Of a stretch of 58,738 bases of DNA, positions 39,928-49,790 are shown piece by piece (position 1 is the first letter of the stretch; each line of letters opens with the position of its first letter). Under the pieces are notes generated by a model that searched no databases, was not told the DNA's origin, and saw only the letters and a program-made list of their open reading frames with translations. The stretch lies in contig VGBI01000005.1 of NCBI GenBank assembly GCA_016870595.1, forward strand, positions 1 through 58,738. The letters run 5' to 3'. The position numbers and the translations under genes are program-made. The DNA comes from Actinomycetota bacterium. GTDB lineage: Bacteria > Actinomycetota > Acidimicrobiia > IMCC26256 > PALSA-555.

Positions 39928-41610
39928 TCAGAGCACCGTGCCCGGGGTGGCGCCGGTCCAGACGCCGTCGTCGAGGAGGCGGATGCCGTTCACGAACGTG
40001 GCCCGGTACCCGGTGGCGTCGACGACGAACCGCGCGGCCCCGGCGGGGAGGTCGTAGACCAGGCGGGGGGCCCCACCCGACGCAAGGGCGTCCCGGTCGA
40101 TGCAGCACAGGTCGGCGGCCATTCCGGGCGCCAGCAGCCCCCGGTCGGTGAGGCCGGTCGCGCGCGCCGGGATGGCGGTCAGGCGGGCGACCGCGTCCTC
40201 GAGGCACAGGACGTCGGGCACCCATTCGGTGAGGAGTCGGGTGGTGTAGTCGGCGCCGCAGTACGACAGCAGGTGCGCCCCGCCGTCGGACGAGCCGGCC
40301 ATGGTCAGCGGCGAGCGGATCATCCGCTCCGTGGCGGCCTGCCGTTCGGGGGACGACGGTCGGGCGACGACGAACTGCGTGGCCAGACCGTCGGCGAGCG
40401 AGAGGTCGAGAAAGGCGTCGAGCGGGTCACACCCCATGGCGTCGGCCACCTCGGCCACCGAGCGGTCGACCCATTCACCATGGCGAGGGTCACCCACCGT
40501 CTCGATCCGGACCCCGGTCCAGGCGAAGACGAACGAGCGACCGCGGGGATCGGCGATCTCGGCCCGCATCCGGGACCGGACCTCGGGGTCGCGGAGCCGG
40601 TGGTCCCGCTCCACCGGCGCCAGGGTGAGGGTGTCCCGGAACGAGGGCATCTCGTCGAAGAGGAACGTGGAGCCGAGGGTGAAGTGGGCCCCTTGGCGGT
40701 TGGTGGCGAACATCGGGTGGAGCTCGAGACCCTCGGCCCCGGCGGCTTCGGCGAACTCCAGGCTCCGCGACCAGCCGTCGGGGGCATGGGGCATGCTCGT
40801 GAGCGTGTTCAGGTGGACCGGTCGTCCGGCAGCGCGCGCCATGGAGAGGATCAGCGCGCGGTCGTCGTCGTCGTAGCCCGTGAGGAACGACCGGGGGATG
40901 AACTCGATCGACCCCCGCCCGAACTCGGCGAGCACCCCGGCGAGGGCGATGAGCTCCTCGGGCGCCGCGTGGTTCGACGGGACCCCCCGCCCGTCGTGCG
41001 CGACGTGGAGCTCGAGCTGGGACGAGGTGAACCCGATCGCGCCCTGGGTGAAGGCCGCCCGCACGAGATCCTGCATCGCTGCGATCTCTTCCGGGGTGGC
41101 GGTGCGCTCGGAGGCGGCATCGCCCATCACGAACCGGCGGATCGCGCAGTGCCCGACGTTGGCGCCGACGTTCACCCCGATCCGCCCCGAGAGCCCGGCG
41201 AGGAAGTCCCCGAAACCACCACCGCGCCAGGGCACACCCTCGGCCAGTGCGTCGGGCGCCATTCCCTCGACCCGGCTCAGCATATGCAGCAGCCAGGACA
41301 CGTCCTCGGGTCGGGCCGGCGCGAGCGTGAACCCACAGTTCCCGGTGAGCAGGGTGGTCACGCCGTGCCACGATGCCGGTGAGGCAGTCGGATCCCAGTG
41401 CAGCTGCGCGTCGTAGTGGGTGTGGACGTCGATGAACCCGGGGGTCACGAGGAGGCCATCGGCGTCGAAGATCTCGGCGGCACCGTCAGTCCAGCGTCCG
41501 ACCCCGACGATGCGGCCGTCACGGACGGCGACGTCGGCGGTCCGGGCCGGGGCGCCGGTCCCGTCGACGACGGTGCCGCCTTGGATCAGCAGGTCACAGG
41601 TCGAGGCCAT
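39928..41610 (-). CDS. N-acyl-D-amino-acid deacylase family amidohydrolase
   Basis: PGFIDVHTHYD, GNCG, SDGGAH. Confidence 0.88.
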   Translation of the reverse strand: MASTCDLLIQGGTVVDGTGAPARTADVAVRDGRIVGVGRWTDGAAEIFDADGLLVTPGFIDVHTHYDAQLHWDPTASPASWHGVTTLLTGNCGFTLAPARPEDVSWLLHMLSRVEGMAPDALAEGVPWRGGGFGDFLAGLSGRIGVNVGANVGHCAIRRFVMGDAASERTATPEEIAAMQDLVRAAFTQGAIGFTSSQLELHVAHDGRGVPSNHAAPEELIALAGVLAEFGRGSIEFIPRSFLTGYDDDDRALILSMARAAGRPVHLNTLTSMPHAPDGWSRSLEFAEAAGAEGLELHPMFATNRQGAHFTLGSTFLFDEMPSFRDTLTLAPVERDHRLRDPEVRSRMRAEIADPRGRSFVFAWTGVRIETVGDPRHGEWVDRSVAEVADAMGCDPLDAFLDLSLADGLATQFVVARPSSPERQAATERMIRSPLTMAGSSDGGAHLLSYCGADYTTRLLTEWVPDVLCLEDAVARLTAIPARATGLTDRGLLAPGMAADLCCIDRDALASGGAPRLVYDLPAGAARFVVDATGYRATFVNGIRLLDDGVWTGATPGTVL

Positions 41611-42748
41611 AGAGCGCGCTCGCGTTGAGCCCGTAGAGGCCGATCCGTTCGGCTTCCGGGAGATGGTCGTTGCGCGCGCGCAACTCGTCCACCACACCCG
41701 GATACTTCGCATCGTTGTGCGGGAAGTCCGAGGCCCAGACGAAGCGGTCACCACCGGCGATCGCACCGAGCGCTCCCGGGGTGCGCTCACCCGGGTCGAA
41801 GCTGATCCAGCACTGACGCTTGAAGTACTCCTCGGCGGTGAGCGACATCGGCGCCGCGGTCCAGGCGTAGCTCTCCTCGAACTCGTTGAGCCGGTCCATC
41901 CAGTGGGCGATCCACCCGCCGCCACTTTCGAGCACCGCGACCTTCAGGCCGGGGTGGCGCTCCAAGACGCCGCCGTACGTGAGGTTCGAGAGGGTGATCA
42001 TCTGGTCGACCACGGGGATCAGGGCGTGGTGGGTCCCGGGTGCCATCCACGGCCCGACGCCGCGAGCAGCGCCGGGCATGTCGGACGAGCCGGTGATGTG
42101 GAGGCCGAGGGGCAGACCGGTCTCTTCCAACGCCTCCCACACCGGGGTGTAGACGAAGTCGTGGAAGGGCACGCCGAGGTAGGCGTTCGGGCGTACGAAT
42201 GACCCGACGAGGCCGAGCTCGGCGATGCGTCGGGTCTCCGCGGCGGCGGCGACCGGGTCCTGCATCGGCAGGGCACCGGTGCCCTTCAACCGCTCGGGGG
42301 CCGCCGCGCACCATTCGGCGATCCAGTCGTTGTAGATCCGGCATGACCAGACGGCGAGCTCGGGATCCTGGATCCCGCCGAGCTTGAGGCCGAGTCCCGG
42401 GTACATCACCGAGACGTCGATGCCCTCGGCGTCGAGCACCTTGACCCGCTCGTGCGGATCGAAGCCGGCCGGGTTGAGGTCCTCGTAGTGGCGGCCCCGT
42501 CCGAAGTCGTCGAAGCCCTCGCCGGCGTTGCCGAGCCCGGCGAGGCCCCGCTCGGTGACCACCGACCCTTCGATCGTGCAGACGTCGAACCCGGTCTCCT
42601 CGTTCCACCGGACCCGCAGCCCACGCTCGGAGAGATGGGCGGGCAGACCGTTCTCCCAGAGGTCCGGGGGTTCGCAGACGTGGCCGTCGGCGTCGACGAC
42701 CAGATCGGCGGTGCGGCGGCCGGGGTCCCCGGCGACGGATGAGGTCAT
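41594..42748 (-). CDS. Amidohydrolase-2 family protein
   Basis: VDADGHV, LESGGGW, WASDFPH. Confidence 0.88.
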   Translation of the reverse strand: MTSSVAGDPGRRTADLVVDADGHVCEPPDLWENGLPAHLSERGLRVRWNEETGFDVCTIEGSVVTERGLAGLGNAGEGFDDFGRGRHYEDLNPAGFDPHERVKVLDAEGIDVSVMYPGLGLKLGGIQDPELAVWSCRIYNDWIAEWCAAAPERLKGTGALPMQDPVAAAAETRRIAELGLVGSFVRPNAYLGVPFHDFVYTPVWEALEETGLPLGLHITGSSDMPGAARGVGPWMAPGTHHALIPVVDQMITLSNLTYGGVLERHPGLKVAVLESGGGWIAHWMDRLNEFEESYAWTAAPMSLTAEEYFKRQCWISFDPGERTPGALGAIAGGDRFVWASDFPHNDAKYPGVVDELRARNDHLPEAERIGLYGLNASALYGLDL

Positions 42749-42834
42749 GTCGGCGATCATGCGTCGATGATCCGGTCCCGACGGCACGGAGGCAAGACCG
42801 TGCCAGTTATCAAACCCTGGACTAGGGTGCGGGT

Positions 42835-43809
42835 GTGCCGCTCGCGCCGCGGACCCAGGCGGCGTACCGGGCCGACTGGAACGATTTCGTAGCTTGGTGC
42901 GCCCGCCGTCGGGTGCGACCCCTGCCGAGTCCGCCCGCGCGTGTGGCGGCCTACCTCGACGAGATCGCGACGACACGACGGGTCGCCACGGTCCGCCGGC
43001 GCCTCGCTGCGATCCGTGTGGCCCACCTCGACGCCGGCGTCGCATCGCCGACTGATGCCGATGTCGTGCGCGCCGCCGTCTCACGAGCCGCTTGGCGCAG
43101 TCGTCACGCCGTCACGACCGCGATGCCGATTTCGGTGCAGGACCTCCGCCGGATCTCACGTGCGATTCCGGCGACGACCGGTGGATGCCGTGACCGTGCC
43201 CTGATCCTCGTCGGGTACGGCGCAGCGCTCCGCCCCGGGGAGCTGGTGGCGTTGCGGGCCTCCGACGTCGCGGTGACCCGCAGGGGTCTGCGGATCGAGA
43301 CCCGACGGGGGACGGTGTCGGTGCCACCCGGCTCGGCCCCCGAACTCTGCGCGGTGCGGGCCTGGCGGGAGTGGGCCGCCCGAGTCGATCTCGGATCGGG
43401 CCCCGCGTTCCGGAGCGTGGATCGTCACGGCCGGGTGGGGCGCGTCGCGCTGGGCGAGCATGCGGTGCGCCGCGTCGTTCGGCGCGCCGCTGCCGCCGCC
43501 GGGCTCGATCCGACGCGGTTCCAGGGGCTCTCGCTGCGCCGGGGTATGGTCTCGGCCGCCGCCGAGGCCGGGGTGAGCCGCCGGGTGATCATGCGTCAGA
43601 CCGGCCACAGAAGCGATCGACTGGTGCGGGACTACGTCCGGGCCCGAGCCGGCCCGCTCAGGTCCGCAGCAACCGGGCCACCGCCTGCATGGCCTCGTCG
43701 ACCATGTCGGTCTCCTCGGCGTGGCCGTCACGGCCCCGGGCGTGGGTCACGCAGTGTCGGACGTGCTCGTCGAGGAGCCCGAGGGCCACGCTCTGCAATG
43801 CCCGGTTGA
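42835..43809 (+). CDS. Cre-like tyrosine recombinase, catalytically degenerate
   Basis: T..AYRADW..F..WC, RDRALILVG..LRPGEL, GLSLRRG, QTGHRS..DY; 3' end runs antisense into csoR. Confidence 0.75.
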   Translation: MPLAPRTQAAYRADWNDFVAWCARRRVRPLPSPPARVAAYLDEIATTRRVATVRRRLAAIRVAHLDAGVASPTDADVVRAAVSRAAWRSRHAVTTAMPISVQDLRRISRAIPATTGGCRDRALILVGYGAALRPGELVALRASDVAVTRRGLRIETRRGTVSVPPGSAPELCAVRAWREWAARVDLGSGPAFRSVDRHGRVGRVALGEHAVRRVVRRAAAAAGLDPTRFQGLSLRRGMVSAAAEAGVSRRVIMRQTGHRSDRLVRDYVRARAGPLRSAATGPPPAWPRRPCRSPRRGRHGPGRGSRSVGRARRGARGPRSAMPG

Positions 43810-43942
43810 CGGAGGCGATCTGGGTCAGCACGTCGATGCAGTAGGCGTCGGCATCGATCATGCGCTGGAGCCCGCGCACCTGTCCTTCGATCCGGCGGAG
43901 CCGGGCCTGGTAGTCGTCCTTGGCGATCGAGTAGCCGCGCAC
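43658..43942 (-). CDS. csoR: CsoR-family metal-sensing repressor
   Basis: RLRRIEGQVRGLQRMI..YCIDVLTQ..HVRHC. Confidence 0.92.
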   Translation of the reverse strand: MRGYSIAKDDYQARLRRIEGQVRGLQRMIDADAYCIDVLTQIASVNRALQSVALGLLDEHVRHCVTHARGRDGHAEETDMVDEAMQAVARLLRT

Positions 43943-43943
43943 G

Positions 43944-46310
43944 TCAGTGCTCCTGGGAGTGGGGTGGGGTGAGGGCGGGGGTGGGGGTGGGGCTGAGGGC
44001 GTCGGTCCCGGTGATCGACCGGAACCGGCGTAGCCGGAGGCTGTTGGTGACCACGAACACGCTGCTGGCTGCCATGGCCGCGCCGGCGATCAGGGGATCG
44101 AGCAACCCGGCCGCGGCGAGGGGGAGCGCGGCGACGTTGTAGGCGAACGCCCAGAACAGGTTCCCCTGGATCGTGCGCAGCGTGCGGCGGGACAGTCGGA
44201 CCGCATCGGCGGTGCCGCGCAGGTCGGTGCGGACCAGGGTGATGTCGGCGGCGGCGATGGCGACGTCGGTGCCGCTCCCGAGCGCGAGGCCGAGGTCGGC
44301 CTGGGCGAGCGCAGCGGCGTCGTTCACGCCGTCGCCGACCATCGCCACGACGCGGCCGTCGGCCTGCAGGTCGCGCACGAGCGCGATCTTGTCGGCCGGG
44401 AGCAATCCGGCGACCACGTCGTCGATGCCGACCTCGGCGGCCACGGTCCGCGCGGCGCGCGCGTTGTCGCCCGTGGCCAGCACGGGGTGCAGCCCGAGGT
44501 CGCGCAACCCTGCGACGGCCGCCGCGGCGTCGTCCTTCACGGTGTCGGCCAGCACGAGCACGCCGTGGAACGTACCGTCCCAGCCGACCCCGATGGCGGT
44601 GTGCCCTCGCGCCTCGGCTGCGTCGATCGCGGCGTGCCCCGGGTCGGGGACGGTGCACGACCGGTCGGCGAGGAACGCCGGGCGCCCGGCGACCACGCCG
44701 TGACCCTCCACCGTCCCGGCGACCCCGAGCCCGGCGGTCGCGGTGAAGTCGGTGACGGGTGCGGGATCGAGGCCCCGGGCCCGGGCGGCGTCGGCCACGG
44801 CCCGGCCGACGGGGTGCTCGCTGGCGGCCTCGACGCCCGCCGCGAGGCGCAGCACGGTGTCGGCGGGGACGGCGCCGGTCCCCACGACGTCGACGAGCCG
44901 CATGCGGCCCGTGGTGACCGTGCCGGTCTTGTCGAGCACGACGGTGTCGATCCGGCGGGTCGACTCGAGGATCTCGGGACCCGCGATCAGGATGCCGAGC
45001 TGGGCGCCGCGCCCGGTGCCGACCAGGAGCGCGGTCGGGGTGGCGAGGCCGAGCGCGCAGGGGCAGGCGATGATGCACACCGCGACCGCAGCGCTGAACG
45101 CGGTGGGCGCGCCGGCGCCGGCTCCGAGCCAGAAGCCCAGCGTCGCCCCCGCGAGCAGGAGCACCACCGGCACGAACACGGCGGAGACCCGGTCGGCCAG
45201 GCGCTGCACCGGGGCCTTGCCGGTCTGGGCCCGGGTCACGAGCCGGGTGATCTGGGCCAGGGCGGTGTCGGCGCCGACCCGGGTGGCCCGCACGACGAGC
45301 CGGCCCCCGGCGTTCACCGTCGCCCCGGTGACCGCGTCGCCGGGGCCGACCTCCACCGGGACCGGCTCTCCCGTGAGCAGGGAGGCGTCGATGGCCGAGG
45401 TGCCCTCCTCCACCACGCCGTCGGTGGCGACCTTCTCGCCGGGCCGGACGACGAAGCGGTCGCCGACGACGAGGGCGTCGACCGGGGCCGGGACCTCGAC
45501 CCCGTCGCGCAGGACGGTGACCTCCTTGGCGCCGAGCTCAACGAGCGCGCGCAGCGCGGCGCCGGACCGGCGCTTGGCCCGGGCCTCCAGGTACCGGCCG
45601 GCCAGCACGAGCACGGTCACCCCGGCCGCGACCTCGAGGTAAATCTCGTCGGTGCCCGCGCTGCGTGAGAGCGCGAGCGAGGGCTGCATCCGCATCCCGG
45701 GGTCGCCGGCGTCGCCGAGGAACAACGCGACGAGCGACCAGCCGAAGGCGGCGAGCGTCCCGATGGAGATCAGGGTGTCCATCGTCGCCTCGCCGTGGCG
45801 GAGGTTGGCCCACGCGGCGCGGTGGAACGGCCACGCGCCCCACACCACGACCGGCGCGGCGAGGGTCAGCGAGAGCCACTGCCAGTGGTCGAACTGCAGG
45901 GCGGGGATCATTGCGAGCAGCACCACGGGCACCGTCAGTGCGCCGGTGATCACGAGTCGGTGGCGCAGTGCAGCGGTGGGGTCGGGTGTGCCGGTCGGTG
46001 CATCGCCGGCGTCGGCGGCCGTGGTCCCGGGCGTGGGGAGCGGGTGGGCGTGGTAGCCGATGGCCTCGACCGCGGCCACCACGGTGGCGACGGCGTCGGT
46101 GGCGGACCCCGGGGAGCCGTCGGGCCCGGGGGTCGGGTCGGGGAGCTCGACGTGGGCGCGCTCGGTGGCGAAGTTGACCGAGGCGACCACGCCCGGGAGG
46201 TCGTTGAGCCGCTGCTCGATGCGCGCGGCGCACCCGGCGCAGGTCATCCCCTCGATCGCGAGGTCGACCGTCGCCGGGCCGGCCGGCGCAGGGCCGGGTC
46301 CGGGGGTCAC
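43944..46310 (-). CDS. copA: Cu(I)-translocating P1B-type ATPase
   Basis: GMTCAGC HMA domain, [37 protein letters not shown]. Confidence 0.95.
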   Translation of the reverse strand: MTPGPGPAPAGPATVDLAIEGMTCAGCAARIEQRLNDLPGVVASVNFATERAHVELPDPTPGPDGSPGSATDAVATVVAAVEAIGYHAHPLPTPGTTAADAGDAPTGTPDPTAALRHRLVITGALTVPVVLLAMIPALQFDHWQWLSLTLAAPVVVWGAWPFHRAAWANLRHGEATMDTLISIGTLAAFGWSLVALFLGDAGDPGMRMQPSLALSRSAGTDEIYLEVAAGVTVLVLAGRYLEARAKRRSGAALRALVELGAKEVTVLRDGVEVPAPVDALVVGDRFVVRPGEKVATDGVVEEGTSAIDASLLTGEPVPVEVGPGDAVTGATVNAGGRLVVRATRVGADTALAQITRLVTRAQTGKAPVQRLADRVSAVFVPVVLLLAGATLGFWLGAGAGAPTAFSAAVAVCIIACPCALGLATPTALLVGTGRGAQLGILIAGPEILESTRRIDTVVLDKTGTVTTGRMRLVDVVGTGAVPADTVLRLAAGVEAASEHPVGRAVADAARARGLDPAPVTDFTATAGLGVAGTVEGHGVVAGRPAFLADRSCTVPDPGHAAIDAAEARGHTAIGVGWDGTFHGVLVLADTVKDDAAAAVAGLRDLGLHPVLATGDNARAARTVAAEVGIDDVVAGLLPADKIALVRDLQADGRVVAMVGDGVNDAAALAQADLGLALGSGTDVAIAAADITLVRTDLRGTADAVRLSRRTLRTIQGNLFWAFAYNVAALPLAAAGLLDPLIAGAAMAASSVFVVTNSLRLRRFRSITGTDALSPTPTPALTPPHSQEH

Positions 46311-46471
46311 CGGTCGCCCCCGGTGTCGGCGTGCGGGGCGGTGCCGTGGGCGGGCGGTCGGGCCGGGTCCGACCTCCCGATCGGACCCACGGCGGCACCG
46401 GCGGCGTACCCGACCCCGAGCGCGCCGAGGAGGCCGAGGGCGAAGACGGCGAGGCGGGTGCGGGTCCGCAC
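46307..46471 (-). CDS. Small (54 aa) membrane/secreted protein leading the copA operon
   Basis: Hand translation [38 protein letters not shown]..; GGAGGAG RBS; stop overlaps the copA GTG (below the ORF-track cutoff). Confidence 0.7.
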   Translation of the reverse strand: MRTRTRLAVFALGLLGALGVGYAAGAAVGPIGRSDPARPPAHGTAPHADTGGDR

Positions 46472-46541
46472 GGGGCTCCTCCGGGTCGTGGGGTCGGTCG
46501 GGGACGACGGCCGCCGTCCGGCGGTCTGCCGTTGTCGACAG

Positions 46542-46562
46542 AATACCCCCCCACCCTATATT
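46542..46562. promoter_or_regulatory. Putative CsoR operator / cop promoter
   Basis: AATACCCCCCCACCCTATATT: AT ends around a C-tract, upstream of the cop operon; imperfect palindrome. Confidence 0.55.
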
Positions 46563-46628
46563 CCACCCCCCGCCCGGCCCCGTCGGTCCCGTGGACGGAG
46601 GGGCGACCCCGGTCCTATGCTCCCGCCC

Positions 46629-47102
46629 GTGGACCCGACCAAGTACCGACACACCGAGACCGTCGCCGTGGCCGCGAGCCCCGAGGCTGTCTACGCCCTC
46701 GTCTCCGACATCACCCGCATGGGCGAGTGGAGCCCGGTCTGCACCGGCGGTTCGTGGACCGACGACGCCCGCACCACCTTCGTCGGCACGAACGACACCG
46801 GCACGATGCAGTGGGAGACCCACTGCCGGGTCGAGGTGGCCGACCCCGGGCGGGAGTTCACCTTCGTCATGGCCGGCTTCACCGGCGACCGTGACCTTGC
46901 GCGGTGGTCCTACACCATCACGCCGACCGCAGACGGGTGCGAGATCTCCGAGCACTGGTCGATCCTGCCCGAGTACCCCGGCTTCATCGGCCCGCTGATC
47001 GGCGACCGGCCGGTCGAGGACTACCTCGACGAGACGATGGGCCGGACCCGCGAGGGGATGGCCGAGACCCTGGCCCGGATGAGGGCCGTCGCCGAGGCCT
47101 GA
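46629..47102 (+). CDS. SRPBCC (polyketide cyclase-like) protein
   Basis: [27 protein letters not shown]. Confidence 0.85.
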   Translation: MDPTKYRHTETVAVAASPEAVYALVSDITRMGEWSPVCTGGSWTDDARTTFVGTNDTGTMQWETHCRVEVADPGREFTFVMAGFTGDRDLARWSYTITPTADGCEISEHWSILPEYPGFIGPLIGDRPVEDYLDETMGRTREGMAETLARMRAVAEA

Positions 47103-47630
47103 TCAGACCGTCAGCACGGTCGTCACCGGCACGCCGATCCCGGCGAGTTCGGCGCGCCCACCGAGGGCGGTGAGCTCGAGCAGCACCACCACCCCGAGCA
47201 CCTCGGCGTCGAACCGGCGGGCGAGCGCGCACGCAGCCAGCGCGGTCCCGCCGGTGGCGAGGACGTCGTCGACCACGACCACCCGGTCGGCCGCGCCGAG
47301 CGCGTCCCGGTGGACCTCGAGGGTGCCGGTGCCGTACTCCAGCTCGTAGGTGTGGGCGTGGGTGTCCCACGGGAGCTTGCCCTGCTTGCGCACCGGGACG
47401 AGGGGCAGGTGGCGGTCCCGCGCGACCGGCGCGGCGAACAGGAAGCCCCGGGCGTCGATCGCGACCACTGCGGTCGCACCGGCGGGCACGGCGCCGGCCA
47501 TCCGGGTGGTGGCGTCGGCGAACGCCCCGGGGTCGGCCAGCAGCGGGGTGACGTCACGGAAGGTCACCCCGGGAGCGGGGAAGTCGGGCACGGCCCGGAT
47601 GCGGGCCGCGAGGTGGTCGGGTCCCTCCAC
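47103..47630 (-). CDS. apt: Adenine phosphoribosyltransferase
   Basis: PDFP.PGV.FRDVTPLL, ARGF, RKQGKLP, YELEYG, VDDVLATGGT. Confidence 0.95.
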   Translation of the reverse strand: MEGPDHLAARIRAVPDFPAPGVTFRDVTPLLADPGAFADATTRMAGAVPAGATAVVAIDARGFLFAAPVARDRHLPLVPVRKQGKLPWDTHAHTYELEYGTGTLEVHRDALGAADRVVVVDDVLATGGTALAACALARRFDAEVLGVVVLLELTALGGRAELAGIGVPVTTVLTV

Positions 47631-47673
47631 GCCGGTGCTCCTTCCGAGGGGGATCGGCGGGACCGTACCCGAC

Positions 47674-47708
47674 GCCGGGTGCCGGGTGCCGGGTGCCGGG
47701 TGCCGGGT
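47674..47708 (+). repeat. (GCCGGGT)x5 tandem repeat in the apt/P450 divergent intergenic region
   Basis: Five exact 7-mers read directly. Confidence 0.9.
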
Positions 47709-47729
47709 CCGGGGTGCGACACTGGGGGT

Positions 47730-48974
47730 ATGGAGATCAACGACGAGCGCGGCAGCATCTTCATCTCGCCGACGGCGTACGCCGATCAGGCCCGCTGGCA
47801 CGCGGTGGCCGACGAGCTGCGTCGGGACGCCCCCGTGCTCCGGGTGGAGGCGGAGGGCTACAGCCCCTTCTACGTATTGACCCGCCACGCCGACGTGTTC
47901 GAGGTGTCGCGCCGCAGCGACCTGTTCCACAACACCCGCAAATCGGTGATCGGGCCCGACGCCAACTTCGCCTTCCTCACCTCCCTCGGCATCGAGCCCA
48001 AGACCCTGATCCACATGGACGGGGTCGAGCACCGGGACCACCGCCACGTGACCAACGACTGGTTCAAGCCTGCGGCGGTCAAGGGTCGTCAGAGCGACAT
48101 CGACGCCATCGCCGACGAGTTCGTCGACCGGCTCGCCGACTTCGGGGGCACCTGTGACTTCGCCCGCGACATCGCGGTGCCGTTCACGCTGCGGGTCATC
48201 ATGAGCATCTTCGGCATCCCCCGCGACGACGAGCGGCTCATGCTCGAGCTGACCCAGGGGATCTTCGGGGCCGCCGACCCCGAGTACTTCGGCGACGTCG
48301 GCGACCCGCTCGAGTACCTCACCGGCACGATCGCCCGCTTCGACGACTACTTCGCCGCCCTGACCGAGGAACGGCGGGCGCATCCGACCGGCGATCTCGC
48401 CACGGTCATCGCCAACGGCGAGATCGACGGATGCCCCATGGAGCGCCACGCCCGGCTCTGGTACTTCATCATCGTGGCGACGGCCGGACACGACACGACC
48501 TCGTACGCGCTGTCGGGCGGGATGGAGGAGCTCCTCCGCCACCCCGACCAGATGGCTGCGCTCGCCGCCGATCCCGGCCTCGCGACGAACGCCGCCGAGG
48601 AGATGATCCGCTGGACCTCGCCGGTGCGGTCGTTCCTCCGCTACGCGCAGGCCGACACCGAGATCGACGGCGTCCCGATCGCCGCCGGGGATCGGGTGCT
48701 CCTCTCGTACCCGGCGGCCAACCGCGACGACGCCGTGTTCGTCGATCCGATGCGCTTCGACATCAGGCGGCCCGACGCCGAGAAGCTGATCTCCTTCGGG
48801 CTCGGGGTGCACTACTGCCTCGGATCGCAGTTCGCCCGGCGGGAGGTCCGCACCATGCTGCCCAAGGTGCTGGAGCGGGTGTCGTCGATCGCGCTCGACG
48901 GCGATCCGGTGTGGGCCGAGGCGGCATTCGTCGGCGGCGTGAAGCGCCTGCCGATCCGCTACACGCTGCGCTGA
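47730..48974 (+). CDS. Cytochrome P450 (CYP108-like)
   Basis: ATAGHDTT, EMIR, FGLGVHYCLG. Confidence 0.93.
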   Translation: MEINDERGSIFISPTAYADQARWHAVADELRRDAPVLRVEAEGYSPFYVLTRHADVFEVSRRSDLFHNTRKSVIGPDANFAFLTSLGIEPKTLIHMDGVEHRDHRHVTNDWFKPAAVKGRQSDIDAIADEFVDRLADFGGTCDFARDIAVPFTLRVIMSIFGIPRDDERLMLELTQGIFGAADPEYFGDVGDPLEYLTGTIARFDDYFAALTEERRAHPTGDLATVIANGEIDGCPMERHARLWYFIIVATAGHDTTSYALSGGMEELLRHPDQMAALAADPGLATNAAEEMIRWTSPVRSFLRYAQADTEIDGVPIAAGDRVLLSYPAANRDDAVFVDPMRFDIRRPDAEKLISFGLGVHYCLGSQFARREVRTMLPKVLERVSSIALDGDPVWAEAAFVGGVKRLPIRYTLR

Positions 48975-48993
48975 GCGCGGGCCGACCCGACGA

Positions 48994-49392
48994 TCAGTCG
49001 CGTCGGCCCATCGCCGCGCGCCCGCCGGCGGGGGGCAGGTCGTGGACCCGCTGCACGTACAGGTGCATCCGGGTGATGCGGTCGTCGGCGTCGACGTCGA
49101 ACACGATCACCTCGGGGGTCCGCCGGAGCGTGCCGTCGACCTCGTACTCCTCGGTGACCTCGGCGACCGCGTGCCCGTCGGTGGCGAAGACCCGTTCGGT
49201 CACGAGGCGGTAGGCCGCCCCGAGGGTCGGTACGACGTCGCGCAGGAAGGCGACGTACTCGGCGGCCGAGGTGATGTGGTCGCCGTACGGGCCGATCCGA
49301 TGGAAGTCGGTGGGGGAGAAGCAGGCGGCGAGCCCGTCGAAGTCTCGGGCGTTGTAGCGGTCGAGGAAGCGGGTGGCGGCGGCGACGGTCAC
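48994..49392 (-). CDS. SnoaL/NTF2-like protein
   Basis: FLDRYNARDFDGLAACF..RITRMHLY; coupled to the upstream MazG-like gene. Confidence 0.75.
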   Translation of the reverse strand: MTVAAATRFLDRYNARDFDGLAACFSPTDFHRIGPYGDHITSAAEYVAFLRDVVPTLGAAYRLVTERVFATDGHAVAEVTEEYEVDGTLRRTPEVIVFDVDADDRITRMHLYVQRVHDLPPAGGRAAMGRRD

Positions 49393-49697
49393 GGGGCGGC
49401 TCCCGGGGTCGGGTCGGGGCAGGCGCAGGGGGTCGCCGCGCAGCGCGGGCACCCGTCCGCGTAGCGGGCGAAGGCCTCGGCGAGGGAGCAGTCGAGCTGG
49501 TTGGCCAGCGACGCCAGCCAGGCCAGGACGTCGCCGAGCTCGTGGAGCTGCTCGGCCCGGGTGCCCTTGCGGGCCGCCTTGGCCAGCTCGCCGACCTCCT
49601 CGGCCAGCCAGGCCACCGTTGCGGGCACGCCCCGGTCCCGGTCCCGGTCGCCGTAGACGGTGGCCATGCGGGCCTGGACGGCATCGAGGTCGGTCAC
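49389..49697 (-). CDS. MazG-like NTP pyrophosphohydrolase with C-terminal Cys cluster
   Basis: WLAEEVGEL..ELGDVLAW; CPRC..PCAC. Confidence 0.85.
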   Translation of the reverse strand: MTDLDAVQARMATVYGDRDRDRGVPATVAWLAEEVGELAKAARKGTRAEQLHELGDVLAWLASLANQLDCSLAEAFARYADGCPRCAATPCACPDPTPGAAP

Positions 49698-49766
49698 GGT
49701 CCGGAGCGTAGGACGGTGGCGCGCCCGTCGCGCGACGCACCGGATCCACGACCCGCCGGGAGCCGC

Positions 49767-49790
49767 TACAATGAAAATGATTCCTGAAAT
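49767..49790 (+). promoter_or_regulatory. Putative Zur box overlapping a TACAAT -10 element
   Basis: TACAATGAAAATGATTCCTGAAAT upstream of znuA; resembles the actinobacterial Zur core TGAAAATNATT. Confidence 0.75.

Noticed and set aside
33640-43809. Intact integrative element at tRNA-Ala (attL/attR)
   Set aside because: No second copy of the tRNA 3' end seen by eye; the recombinase is 9 kb away and degenerate; no transfer or phage genes
49389-49697. Anti-phage or toxin-antitoxin MazG system
   Set aside because: No mazEF, nucleotide kinase or other defence genes adjacent
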